Part shown: piece by piece, positions 20,970 through 30,130 of the stretch
Position numbering within the stretch: position 1 is the first letter of the stretch
Layout: each line of letters starts with the position of its first letter
Source of the DNA: an uncultured delta proteobacterium
GTDB taxonomy: Bacteria > Myxococcota_A > Polyangia > Fen-1088
DNA length: 64,000 nucleotides
Assembly (NCBI GenBank): GCA_963767925.1
Contig: CAVYGB010000010.1
Location: 736,001-800,000, forward strand
Direction of reading: 5' to 3'
Notes under the pieces: generated by a model
Told to the model about the DNA's origin: nothing
The model's input: the letters and a program-made list of their open reading frames with translations, nothing else
Database searches by the model: none
Made by a program: the position numbers and the translations under genes

Positions 20970-21215
20970 TCAGCGTTCGCTGTCGAGCTGCTGCATCTGC
21001 GGCTCGGCGTAGCGGGCGCCGGCCAGCGCAGCGGCGGGGATGGCCCGTTCGATGCGGGTCACCTGGTCGGGTGTCAGCTCGACGGTGAGGGCGGCGAGAG
21101 CGTCCTCGAGCTGGGGCGGGTGCGGGCGCCGATCACCGGGACGATGCCGGGGCTCCTGGCCCGCGCCCAGGCGATGGCGAGCTGGGCACGGGTGACGCCC
21201 TTGTCGCCTGCCAGC
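20970..21215 (-). pseudogene. aldo/keto reductase C-terminal remnant
   Basis: DKGVTRAQLAIAWAR...IVPVIGART, a frameshift in a C run, then QLEDALAALTVELTPDQV...GARYAEPQMQQLDSER*; no N-terminal part is present. Confidence 0.75.
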
Positions 21216-21265
21216 CCAACATCGCCCGCATCGCCGCCCGCACGGCGGCCTGAGCCGGCGGCGGC

Positions 21266-23476
21266 TCAGAGGGCGTCGAGGAAGGTCAGGAGGGCTTCGC
21301 GGTCGGCGGTGGGCAGGGCGGCGGCGCGCTCACGGACCACGCTGGCCTCGCCCCCGTGCCAGAGGATGGCCTCCAGGAAGCTGCGGGCCCGGCCGTCGTG
21401 GAGGAAGCGGGCCTCGCCGCTCACGGTGCGGGTCCGGCCGATCGACCAGAGCGGGGGCGTCCGCCACTCGCCGGGGAGGGCGGCGAACTCGCGCTCGCTG
21501 TCGTCGGCCAGGTCGGGCCCCATATCGTGCAGCAGGAGATCCGAATAGGGGTAGATGGTCTGGTCGCGCAGCTCCACCAGGGGGTGGTCGGCGCCGGTCT
21601 GCACCGAAGGGGCGTGGCAAGCGGCGCAGCCGACAGCGGCGAAGACCGCGGCGCCGCGCTGGACGGTGGGATCGGAGACCTTGCGCCGGGGGGGCACGCC
21701 GAGGGCGCTCATGTACGTCGTGAGCCGGACGAGGTCCTCCTCCGACAGCTCGGGCGCCGCCTCGGCGCACAGGCCCCCCGGGCACTCGGGGCGGGGAAAG
21801 AGGGAGGTGGTGACGCCCATGTCGACCAGGAGGGCGTCGGCCACCTGGTGGCGGACGCTGACCTTGCTCGCCTTCCAGCCGAAGCGGCCCAGCCGCACCC
21901 CCCCGGTCTCGGGATCGCGCGCCAGGTTGGGCCGGCCCGAGATTGCGTCGGCGTTGCAGTCACCGGGATCGGCCCGGGCCAGGATGGCGGCCTCGGGCAC
22001 CGCCTCGAGCAGGCCCAGCCCCACCAGGGGGCGGGCGATCCGCAGCGAGAAGCGCTCGGGGCGGCCGGAGCCCCGCCAGTCCAGGACCGGCTTGCGCAGC
22101 GACACGACGGTGCCGTCGGCCAGCCGGCGCTCGCTGGTCTGGTAGGTGATCGAGGGATCGGCCTCGCCGGCGCCCGGGCCAGCGACAGCCCGGTTCTGCA
22201 CCTGGCGGCCGAGGGTGGGGTGGGCGGTCGGCTCGCCACCCGGGGCCGGCCGCGGTCCGAACACCTTCACCACCATCGACGTCATCGCCTGGCCCGGCTC
22301 GGGCGGCGCGCCCCGCCCGTTGCGCGGGTGGCAGCTCGTGCAGCTCTCTTCATTGAAGAGCGGGCCCAGCTTGCCCGCCTGCTCGGGGAAGGTGGGGTTC
22401 TCGGGCTCGGAGTGGGCCCCCGCCAGGAAGCTGGTGTGAAACAGGCGCCGCCCGGCCAGGAAGCGCTCGGCGGTGGGGGCCTGGATCGAGAGGACCATCT
22501 GGGAGAAGGCCATCTCCGGCTCGACGACCAGGTGGGGGACGGTGGCCCCGCCGCCGGAGAGCCCTTCGGCCGGCGGGCCCAGCTCACCGAGGGCGGGATC
22601 GGCGTTGGCCGCGGTGAGGCCGCCCTCCCCCACCCGGTAGCGGAACGTGTCGGTGTAGTAGTTGGTGCGGCCCTGCACCTGGGCGCTGTCGAGGAAGATG
22701 CCGAACTCGAACTCGAGCCGGTCGCCCTTGCGCATGGGCCGGCGCTCACGGCCGTTGCTCCGGATCACCGAGGTGGAGGTGCGGGCGTCGATCCGCTGCA
22801 TGTCGAGGTTCTCGTGGAACACGTTGCCGGCGCCGTAGACCTTCCAGACCCGCAGGTTCGTCAGCGGCGCGCTGGCCGCCGCGCCCCGCGAGGTGTAGGT
22901 GAAGGTCACGGTGGATCCCCCGGCCGCGACGGTGTCGACCAGGGAAAAGCCGTAGCTGCGGTTCTCGAAGTAGAGCGGCAGGTACAGGGAGAACTGCGCC
23001 TCGAGCTCGTGGCGCCCGCGCACGCGGCCGGCCCCTTCGGTGGTGATCGCGCCGCTGCCGTCGACGCGGACGACCGGCGCGCCCGCCGCCGGCCCGGCGA
23101 ACAGGGGCGGGACCACATGGGGCGCCGGCGGGCAGCTCGCGCTCGGCGGCTCGGGAAAGGGCGCTCCCGGGGGGAGCGGTGGACCGAACACCGGCGGCGG
23201 CTGGACGGCCGGTGGCGACGGCGGTTGCGGAGCATCGGAAGGGAGGGCGGCCGATGGTGGCGGCAGCGAACCCGGCGCGGGGGCTCCGGGCGGGAGCACC
23301 ATGGGGGCCGGTGCGCGGGCCGGGAGCCGGGGCCCTATCACCTGGCCATCGCAGGCGATGGCGGTGAGGACGAGGGCGGGGACGAAGCCCGGCGGGAAAA
23401 AGCCGGCGCGGGCGACGAGGAGTCGGATCGGGGCGGCCGGGCGGGCCAGTCGAGGTGGGGCGTGGGGCGGGGTCAC
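21266..23476 (-). CDS. di-heme oxidoreductase family (DHOR/DUF1111) lipoprotein
   Basis: Lipobox LTAIAC; GPLFNEESCTSCH, GLGLLEAV, GRFGWKA, CAACH, YSDLLLHDMG, EWRTPPLW, LHDGRA, EAILWHGGEA. Confidence 0.92.
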   Translation of the reverse strand: MTPPHAPPRLARPAAPIRLLVARAGFFPPGFVPALVLTAIACDGQVIGPRLPARAPAPMVLPPGAPAPGSLPPPSAALPSDAPQPPSPPAVQPPPVFGPPLPPGAPFPEPPSASCPPAPHVVPPLFAGPAAGAPVVRVDGSGAITTEGAGRVRGRHELEAQFSLYLPLYFENRSYGFSLVDTVAAGGSTVTFTYTSRGAAASAPLTNLRVWKVYGAGNVFHENLDMQRIDARTSTSVIRSNGRERRPMRKGDRLEFEFGIFLDSAQVQGRTNYYTDTFRYRVGEGGLTAANADPALGELGPPAEGLSGGGATVPHLVVEPEMAFSQMVLSIQAPTAERFLAGRRLFHTSFLAGAHSEPENPTFPEQAGKLGPLFNEESCTSCHPRNGRGAPPEPGQAMTSMVVKVFGPRPAPGGEPTAHPTLGRQVQNRAVAGPGAGEADPSITYQTSERRLADGTVVSLRKPVLDWRGSGRPERFSLRIARPLVGLGLLEAVPEAAILARADPGDCNADAISGRPNLARDPETGGVRLGRFGWKASKVSVRHQVADALLVDMGVTTSLFPRPECPGGLCAEAAPELSEEDLVRLTTYMSALGVPPRRKVSDPTVQRGAAVFAAVGCAACHAPSVQTGADHPLVELRDQTIYPYSDLLLHDMGPDLADDSEREFAALPGEWRTPPLWSIGRTRTVSGEARFLHDGRARSFLEAILWHGGEASVVRERAAALPTADREALLTFLDAL

Positions 23477-23576
23477 GACTCCAGGTTTGAGGAGGGGGGG
23501 CGCCCGGATCTTCCGGCGGCGGAAAAGCCAGCACCCCCCGCGCAGGGAACGCGGGGGGTGCGCTGGGGACGTCCGA

Positions 23577-24224
23577 TCAGTTCATGCGGTCGGGGACGCA
23601 CTCGGCAACCGGCGGACAGGGGGCCCGCACGCAGGTGACCTGCTTGGCCTCGCAGTGGGTGCCGCGGGCGCAGCGCACGAGGTCGCAGGGGCTGCTCGGG
23701 GTCGTGGGGATCGGCACGCACTCGACGCCCGAGGGGGGACAGGGCGCGCGCACGCACTCCACCTTGCGCTCCTCGCAGGTCGTATTGACCGGACAGAGGA
23801 TCGCGGCGCAGCCGGGCGGCACGGTCGGGGGGGTGCGGGGGACGCACTTGACGTTCCGGGGACACGGCTGCCGGTTGACGCAGGCCACGTCCTCCTCCAC
23901 GCACACCGTGTCGGTCGGACAGAGGATCGCGGCGCACCCGCCGGGGACCGGGGGCGGCGGGGCCTTGGCCGGGACGCACTGAACGACCGGGGGACACGGC
24001 TCCTTCACACAGACCACGTCCCGTACCTCGCAGACCGTGTCGACGGGGCAGAGGATGGCGGCGCAGGGGCTGGGCTCGGGCTGGGGCCGACCGCCGGGGC
24101 GGGTGACCCCCTCGACGACCTCTCGCCAATCGATGCTGTCGCAGGCGCTGGCGCCGAGGACGAGCGCGCCGCTGGCGACGAAGACGACTCTCAGCAAGGC
24201 CGGGTTGTGGAACGTGGATCGCAT
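23577..24224 (-). CDS. lipoprotein with four six-cysteine repeats
   Basis: AGGAGG RBS, lipobox GASAC, four units of the form CxxxxCxxxTxCxxxxVxCVxxPCP...CVP. Confidence 0.85.
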   Translation of the reverse strand: MRSTFHNPALLRVVFVASGALVLGASACDSIDWREVVEGVTRPGGRPQPEPSPCAAILCPVDTVCEVRDVVCVKEPCPPVVQCVPAKAPPPPVPGGCAAILCPTDTVCVEEDVACVNRQPCPRNVKCVPRTPPTVPPGCAAILCPVNTTCEERKVECVRAPCPPSGVECVPIPTTPSSPCDLVRCARGTHCEAKQVTCVRAPCPPVAECVPDRMN

Positions 24225-24258
24225 CGTGGCTTCCTCCTGATGACTCGTCCTCCCTTAC

Positions 24259-24273
24259 GCACGAGCCGGGCCA
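24259..24273 (-). promoter_or_regulatory. putative sigma54 -24/-12 promoter
   Basis: Minus strand reads TGGCCCGGCTCGTGC (GG-N10-GC), about 35 nt upstream of the 24224 start. Confidence 0.55.
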
Positions 24274-24463
24274 AGCGCGGGCCAGGCCGGGCCGGCGGGA
24301 AAACCCCGGTCTTTCGCGGGCTCTCCCCCGACGGGGCGGTGAAATCCTGAGGGGCCCGTGATTTTTCGATCTCGCGCCTGACGCTGCGCAAGCCGGACGG
24401 GGCGCGTCGGCCAGCGATCAACTTCTCCTCGGGCTCCGTCGAAGCTGCAGAGGAGGAAACCCG

Positions 24464-25522
24464 ATGCGCCCAATCGTTTCACCCGCCGCCGTCCTTACCG
24501 TCCTGCTGTCGCACGCGCTGGCCTGGGGACACGACAACCACGACCGGGGGCGGCCACCCTCCCCACACCGGAGCCCGCCGGCGCCGGCCGGCCCTGCGGG
24601 GTGGGGAAAGCTGCGGAACAAGGCGCAACAGATGTGCCTCGACGCCGCGGGCTGGAGCGCCCAGGGCGCGGCCAACGCCCTGCTGTGGGGCTGCAACAAC
24701 GATCCCGACCACGTCTGGTTCTTCGCCCCGACCGGCGAGATCAAGAACGCGGAGAGCGGCCTGTGCCTGACGGTGGGGGAGCGACCTCGGGATCGCGGGC
24801 GGGATCGAGACAAGGGGGATCGGGAGCGCGGGCGGGATCGGGACAAGGGGGATCGAGATCGCGGGCACGGCAAGCAGGCCGGCGCCAGCGCCGGCACCGA
24901 TGTGGGGGTCGACCGCTGCGAGGGGAAGCCGGATCAGCGCTGGACGGTAGCCCCGCGGGGCAATGGGGCGTTCGAGCTGCGCACCGGCCGGCGGGGGCTG
25001 TGCCTCGACGTCGACGGCCGCCGGGGCGCCCAGGGGGACGACGTGTTGCTGTGGACCTGCGACGGCGGGGTCGATCAAACCTGGTGGTGGGAGCCGGTGG
25101 CCGGCCCGCCCCCCAAGCAGGTGTTCACCCGCCCCCGCCACGATCCGGAGCCCCGGCGCGATCGCGCCGCTGTCGTCCCGATGGAGCCGCAGGCCTTCAA
25201 GGCGCTGCTGGCGTCGATCAAGGGCGCCTCGTTCTCCGCCAACCAGATGGCCATCGTCGATCAGGCGGCCCCGTACCACTACTTTCTGGTGGCCCAGCTC
25301 CGGGAGGTCGTGCAGTCGCTCTCCTTCTCCGCCAACCAGGTGCGGGCGGTGGAGCTGATCGCCCCCCGCCTCGTCGATCCGCAAAACGCCTTCTCGCTGT
25401 TCGAGGTCTTCACGTTCAGCCGCGATCAGGAGGCGGTCAAGCGCATCCTCGAGCGGTCCCGCCCGACGCCGGGGCCCGCCCCGCCCGGCCCCATCCAGGC
25501 CCCCCCGGCGCCGCGCCGCTGA
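24464..25522 (+). CDS. secreted ricin-type beta-trefoil lectin plus DUF4476-like domain
   Basis: GAGGAGG RBS, signal peptide, CLD...WGC, DQRW, CLDV...WTC...DQTW repeats; two C-terminal FS-x-x-Q helical repeats. Confidence 0.85.
   Translation: MRPIVSPAAVLTVLLSHALAWGHDNHDRGRPPSPHRSPPAPAGPAGWGKLRNKAQQMCLDAAGWSAQGAANALLWGCNNDPDHVWFFAPTGEIKNAESGLCLTVGERPRDRGRDRDKGDRERGRDRDKGDRDRGHGKQAGASAGTDVGVDRCEGKPDQRWTVAPRGNGAFELRTGRRGLCLDVDGRRGAQGDDVLLWTCDGGVDQTWWWEPVAGPPPKQVFTRPRHDPEPRRDRAAVVPMEPQAFKALLASIKGASFSANQMAIVDQAAPYHYFLVAQLREVVQSLSFSANQVRAVELIAPRLVDPQNAFSLFEVFTFSRDQEAVKRILERSRPTPGPAPPGPIQAPPAPRR
24794..24865 (+). repeat. 33-bp in-frame tandem duplication (RGRDRDKGDRE/D)
   Basis: Two near-identical 33-bp units inside the lectin domain. 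Confidence 0.85.
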
Positions 25523-25619
25523 TCGCGCCGGCGCGACCTGGGGCGTTGCGCCCGGCGCGTCTGGTTAGTGGGCGCCGGGTGGCGCGTTTGCGGAGGGTTG
25601 CGGCACTTCTCTTGTCACC

Positions 25620-27029
25620 ATGACAGCGAAGCGTCACGGCCTCGGGGCCGCGGTCCTGTTCGGGGTCTCGCTCCTGGGGTGCGCGGGCGGCAACGGCGCG
25701 GGAAGCTGGGGCGACTGGCCCAGCGCCGAGCGCTGGCCAGCGCCCGACTTCGCGGAGCGGCCCGCGCCGGGCTGCGGGCGCACGGTGGCGGTGGCGGGTG
25801 AGGCGGCGCTGGGGGGCGCCCTGGCGGCGGCCGGACCGGGCGACTGCCTCGCGCTGGCCGACGGCGACTACCGCTTCCCGGTGGTGAGCCGCAGCGGCAC
25901 CCCGGACCGGCCGATCGCGATCCGGGCGGCCAATCGGGGCAAGGTCGTGGTCAAGGCGGGCGACCTGCTGGTGCGCGGCGCGGCCCACCTGGTGATCGAG
26001 GGGATCGACTTCGCCAGCGACGGCGGCAACATCCAGATCCGCGATTCGCATCACGTGCGCCTGACCCGCTTCCGGATCCGCCCGATCGAGAAGGCGGAGG
26101 TGGATTGGGTTGTCGTCGAGACCAGCGACCACGTGCGTATCGACCACAACGACTTCGGACCCAAGCGGCTGGTCGGCAACATGCTGATGCTGGAGGGGGA
26201 CGCGGCCAAGAAGCAGGTCGTGCAGTTCAACCGGATCGACCACAACCATTTTCACGACATCACCTACGGCAGCGGCAACGGCTGGGAGGCGATCCGGGCC
26301 GGGCGGAGCTGGCTGGCCCCCAGCAAGGCCTATTCGGTGATCGAGCACAACCTGTTCACGAACACCGGCGGCGACCCCGAGGTGATCTCGGTGAAGTCGT
26401 CGGACAACGTCGTCCGCTACAACACCATGCGGGCCAGCCCGGGGCAGTTCACCCTCCGCCACGGCAACCGGACCTGGGTGTACGGCAACTACATCCTCGG
26501 GGAGGGCCAGCGCAGCGCGGGCGGCATCCGGGTCTACGGCGCCGACCACAAGATCTTCAACAACTACCTCAGCGGGGTGCGGCCGGGGATCTTGCTCGAC
26601 GGCGGCCGCCAGCCCGAGACCGACCAGCCCGGCACCGCCCACTACCGGGTCTACCGGGCCGAGGTGGTCAACAACACGCTCGTCGACGCCTCCATCAAGC
26701 TCGGCAGCAACAAGCCGCTGGCGCCCGTCGACTGCGTGGTGGCCAACAACCTGCTGCAGGGGGGCGCGGTCGAGGGGAGCGGCGAAAACGCGCGCCTGGC
26801 CGGCAACCTCGTCGAGGCGAGCGCGCTGGCCCAGGAGGGCCCGATCTGGCGCCCCGGTCCGACCAGCCCGGCGCTCGACCGCTCCGGGCCCGGCTTCGAC
26901 TACGTCCGGCTCGACATCGACGGGCAGCCGCGCGCGCGCCCCGACGTGGGGGCCGACGAGCGCTCGCCCGATCCCGCCAGCCGCCGCGGCCCCCTCACCC
27001 CCGCCGACGTCGGCCCCGACGCCCCCTGA
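25620..27029 (+). CDS. polysaccharide lyase family 6 (chondroitinase B/alginate lyase-like) lipoprotein
   Basis: Lipobox LLGC; LADGDY, RIDHNHF, NGWEAIRAG, EVISVKSSDN, TLRHGN and GGIRV beta-helix motifs. Confidence 0.9.
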   Translation: MTAKRHGLGAAVLFGVSLLGCAGGNGAGSWGDWPSAERWPAPDFAERPAPGCGRTVAVAGEAALGGALAAAGPGDCLALADGDYRFPVVSRSGTPDRPIAIRAANRGKVVVKAGDLLVRGAAHLVIEGIDFASDGGNIQIRDSHHVRLTRFRIRPIEKAEVDWVVVETSDHVRIDHNDFGPKRLVGNMLMLEGDAAKKQVVQFNRIDHNHFHDITYGSGNGWEAIRAGRSWLAPSKAYSVIEHNLFTNTGGDPEVISVKSSDNVVRYNTMRASPGQFTLRHGNRTWVYGNYILGEGQRSAGGIRVYGADHKIFNNYLSGVRPGILLDGGRQPETDQPGTAHYRVYRAEVVNNTLVDASIKLGSNKPLAPVDCVVANNLLQGGAVEGSGENARLAGNLVEASALAQEGPIWRPGPTSPALDRSGPGFDYVRLDIDGQPRARPDVGADERSPDPASRRGPLTPADVGPDAP

Positions 27030-27057
27030 ACCTGCCGCCGCGCCGGCGGCGCGCCGA

Positions 27058-27909
27058 TCACCCCGCCCGGTAGCGGGCGGGGGTGACGCCCATCTGCTTG
27101 CGAAAGCTGGTGGTGAGGCGGCTCTGGCTGGAAAAGCCGGTGGCGAGGGCGACCTGGGCGAGCGGCAAGGCGCCAGCGCGGATCAGCTCGGCGGCCCGGG
27201 CGATCCGCTGTCGCTGCACGTGGGCGTGGGGGGTCAGCCCGGTGCTGACCTTGAAGGCGCGGGCGAAGTGATAGGCGCTCAGGCCGGCCCGGGCGGCGAG
27301 GTCTGGGAGCGGCAGGGGCCCGTCGAGGTGGGCCTGCACGTAGAGGTAGACGCGGCGGAGGGCGGCCGGCGAGAGGCCTCCGCGCGGGCGGTTCTTCAGG
27401 GACTGACCGCTGCCCGAGGCCTGCAGGGCCCGCAGCCGCCGGGCGTGGCGCGCCTGCAGGTCGTTCGCCGACCGCAGGAAGCGCAGGAGCAAGCGCAGCT
27501 CCGGCGGGGAGTAGCCGCCGAGCAAACGCAGGCCCTCCTCCCGCAGGGGGCCGTACAGGCTCTCGAACCAGGTGCGGGCGTGGGGGGTGAGGTCGATCGA
27601 ACCGGGTCGGTCACCCGCACCCGGGAGCGAGCGGGCGTAGCCGGCCCGCTCGAGCCGGGCCACGAGTTCGTCGAAGGCGCGCCCCGCCAGGCCCAGGCTG
27701 GCGGCCAGCGCGGCCGCGGTCCGGGGGCCCTCGCGCAGGCGGTCCAGGCAGCGCAGGTCGTTGCGGTCGAGGGCGAGCACGCCCGCCGCCGCCTCGTCCA
27801 CGTCCTCGGCGACCCCCTGGAAGCGGGCGATCTCGCGGCCGAGGGTCAGCCCGACCGTCGCCCGGTCCTCGACCGGAGCCCGGGCGGTGGTGACGCGCCG
27901 ACGTTTCAT
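27058..27909 (-). CDS. MarR-AraC fusion transcriptional regulator
   Basis: N-terminal MarR wHTH (DLRCLD...LVARLERAGY...DR); C-terminal AraC double HTH (GGLSP..LRRV, LSAYHFARAFK, GFSSQSRLTTSFRK.MGVTPARYR). Confidence 0.85.
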   Translation of the reverse strand: MKRRRVTTARAPVEDRATVGLTLGREIARFQGVAEDVDEAAAGVLALDRNDLRCLDRLREGPRTAAALAASLGLAGRAFDELVARLERAGYARSLPGAGDRPGSIDLTPHARTWFESLYGPLREEGLRLLGGYSPPELRLLLRFLRSANDLQARHARRLRALQASGSGQSLKNRPRGGLSPAALRRVYLYVQAHLDGPLPLPDLAARAGLSAYHFARAFKVSTGLTPHAHVQRQRIARAAELIRAGALPLAQVALATGFSSQSRLTTSFRKQMGVTPARYRAG

Positions 27910-28012
27910 GCCACCAGCATGGTCCCGGACCAGATCCGAAAACAGCAAGATCGGGACAAACGGGGCAAGCCGGGGAAAGAAGCCCGCCCGCCCCGATGGC
28001 ACCCTCTGCGAC

Positions 28013-29224
28013 ATGAGCGAGGCAAGAGAGGACGAGCGACCGCGGGCCCTGATCATCGGGGGTGGCATCGGCGGGCCGGTGCTGGGGACCTGGCTGCGCC
28101 GACTGGGCATGGCGGTGGAGATCGCCGAGGCCCGCCCGGCGGTGGGAGGCGCGGAGGGCGCCTTCCTGGGGGTGGCGCCCAACGGGATGAACGTGCTCGA
28201 CCAGCTCGGGCTGGCCGATGAGGTGGCCGCCGAGGGTGTCCCCTGTCGGGCCTTCCGCTTCCACAACCGGGCGGGCAAGGCCATCGGCACCATCGATCGC
28301 AGCGGAGATGCGGGCGCCTTCGGGCGGCCGCTGACCATGGTCCGGCGTGCCCGGCTGCAGCAGGCGCTCGCGGCCGCGGCCGAGCGGGCGGGGGTGCGCA
28401 TCCGCCACGGCAAACGGCTGGCGGCCATCGATCGATCCGATCCGACCCGGGTGCTGGCCCGCTTCGAGGACGGAAGCACGGCGACCGGCGACCTGCTGAT
28501 CGGCTGCGACGGCCTGCGCTCGCGGGTGCGGGCGCTGGCGCTGCCCGGGGCGCCGACGCCGCGGTTCACCGGGCTGCTCGACTTCGGGGGGTTCGCCCGC
28601 CTGCCGGTGAGCCCGCTGCGGGCAGGCTGGAACGAGATGGTATTCGGGCGGCGGGCCTTCTTCGGGGCCTTCGCCACCGGCGACGGTGAGGTGTGGTGGT
28701 TCCACAACGGACCGGACGGGGGCGCCCAGCCGACCGCGCTGCCGGAGGCGGCGCGCGCGCACCTGCTGGCCCTCCACCGTGACGATCCTGCCTGGATCTC
28801 CGAGGTGATCCAGGCGACGCCCGAGGTGCTGGGACCCTGGCCCATCCACGAGCTGCCCCCCCTGTCCCGCTGGCACGACGGCCGGGTGTGCCTGCTCGGC
28901 GACGCCGCCCACGCCATGTCCCCGAGCGCCGGCCAGGGCGCCTCCCTGGCCATGGAGGACGCGCTGGTCCTGGCCCGCTGCCTGCGCGACGCGGGGCAGC
29001 CGGCGGCGGCCTTCGCCGCCTTCGAGCGGGAGCGGCGGCCGCGGGTCGACGCCATCTTCCGCGAAGCCCGCCGCAACGGCAGCGGCAAGGCCGCGACGGG
29101 CCTGCAAGCCTGGTTTCGCGACCGCCTGCTCCCTCTCTTCCTGAAACACGGCGCCGCCACCCAGACCCGCCACTACCGCTACCGCTGCCGTGGGATCGAC
29201 CCTGCTCCGGGCGGCGGGCGGTGA
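28013..29224 (+). CDS. FAD-dependent monooxygenase (group A flavoprotein)
   Basis: IIGGGIGG, DLLIGCDGLRS and LLGDAAHAMSPSAGQGASLAMED motifs. Confidence 0.93.
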   Translation: MSEAREDERPRALIIGGGIGGPVLGTWLRRLGMAVEIAEARPAVGGAEGAFLGVAPNGMNVLDQLGLADEVAAEGVPCRAFRFHNRAGKAIGTIDRSGDAGAFGRPLTMVRRARLQQALAAAAERAGVRIRHGKRLAAIDRSDPTRVLARFEDGSTATGDLLIGCDGLRSRVRALALPGAPTPRFTGLLDFGGFARLPVSPLRAGWNEMVFGRRAFFGAFATGDGEVWWFHNGPDGGAQPTALPEAARAHLLALHRDDPAWISEVIQATPEVLGPWPIHELPPLSRWHDGRVCLLGDAAHAMSPSAGQGASLAMEDALVLARCLRDAGQPAAAFAAFERERRPRVDAIFREARRNGSGKAATGLQAWFRDRLLPLFLKHGAATQTRHYRYRCRGIDPAPGGGR

Positions 29225-29230
29225 ACCCGC

Positions 29231-29935
29231 CTGCTCGGCGCGGATGGCGCTCAGCGGATCGACCCGCACCGCGCGCCAGGCGGGCAGCAGGCTCCCGGCC
29301 AGGGTCATCGAGAGCGCGACGGCCACTGCGCTGGCAAAGGTGGCGGCGTCCCAGGGGCTCACCCCCACCAGCAGCGCCTGCAGGCCGCGCCCGACCGCCG
29401 CCGCGAGGAGCAGGCCGGCGGCGACGCCGAGCCCGGCGAGCAGCAGGCCGCGGCCGAGGACCAGCCCGAGGACGTGGCCCGGACGGGCCCCGAGGGCCAT
29501 CCGCACGCCGATCTCCTGCCGCCGGCTCGAGACGGCGAAGGCGAACAGCCCGTGCAGGCCGATGGCTGCCAGCAGCAGGGCGATGGCGGCGATGGCGCTC
29601 AGCAGCCGCACCTGGGCCGAGCGGGGGGCGCTGTCGGCGGCGACGATCGCTCGAGCGTCTGGACGTCGGAGATTGGCTGCTGCGGATCGGCCGCGGCGAT
29701 GATGGCCCGCACCGCCGGCAGCAGGCTCGCGGGGGTCCGCTCCGCGCGGATCGCCAGGTCCTTGGGGGCGTACCAGACCAGCCCGCCGTCGGGCACCTGC
29801 GCGCTGGGGAGGTAGACCTGGGGCTCGCTGGGCCGTTCGAGGCCGCGCACCCGCACGTCGCCGGCCACGCCGACCACCGTCCGCTCGCGAAAGCCGATCT
29901 CGAAGCGGCGGCCCAGCGGATCTCGCCCCGGTCGG
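29231..29935 (-). pseudogene. C-terminal fragment of an FtsX/MacB-type (ADOP-like) ABC permease
   Basis: DPLGRR...VVGVAGDVR, frameshift near 29650, then IGLHGL...RRQEIGVRMALGA...LPAWRAVRVDPLSAIRAE; CAG stands where the family normally stops. Confidence 0.8.
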
Positions 29936-29980
29936 CGGCGACGGCGGCCGAGGCCTCCTCCACGACCACGCCCAGCCCCT

Positions 29981-30085
29981 GTGGCGCTCGGGATCGTCGG
30001 GCCAGCCCGCGGCGATCTGGGGGGTGAGCGAGCTGGTGAACCAGGTGTCGAAGACGTCGATCTCACCGGCGTCGGCGTCGCTCAT
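29981..30085 (-). pseudogene. short fragment resembling valyl-tRNA synthetase
   Basis: GEIDVFDTWFTSSLTPQIAAGWPDDP matches the DVxDTWxxSSLTP segment of archaeal/actinobacterial-type ValRS; only about 30 codons. Confidence 0.6.
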
Positions 30086-30130
30086 GGTCGGGTCTCCCGG
30101 GCGAGTATGCCCGACCGCGGGCGCCCGGCG

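Noticed and set aside
27611..30085. 824-aa minus-strand ORF as a real protein
   Set aside because: It is a patchwork of the ValRS-like and permease fragments plus antisense read-through of the monooxygenase.
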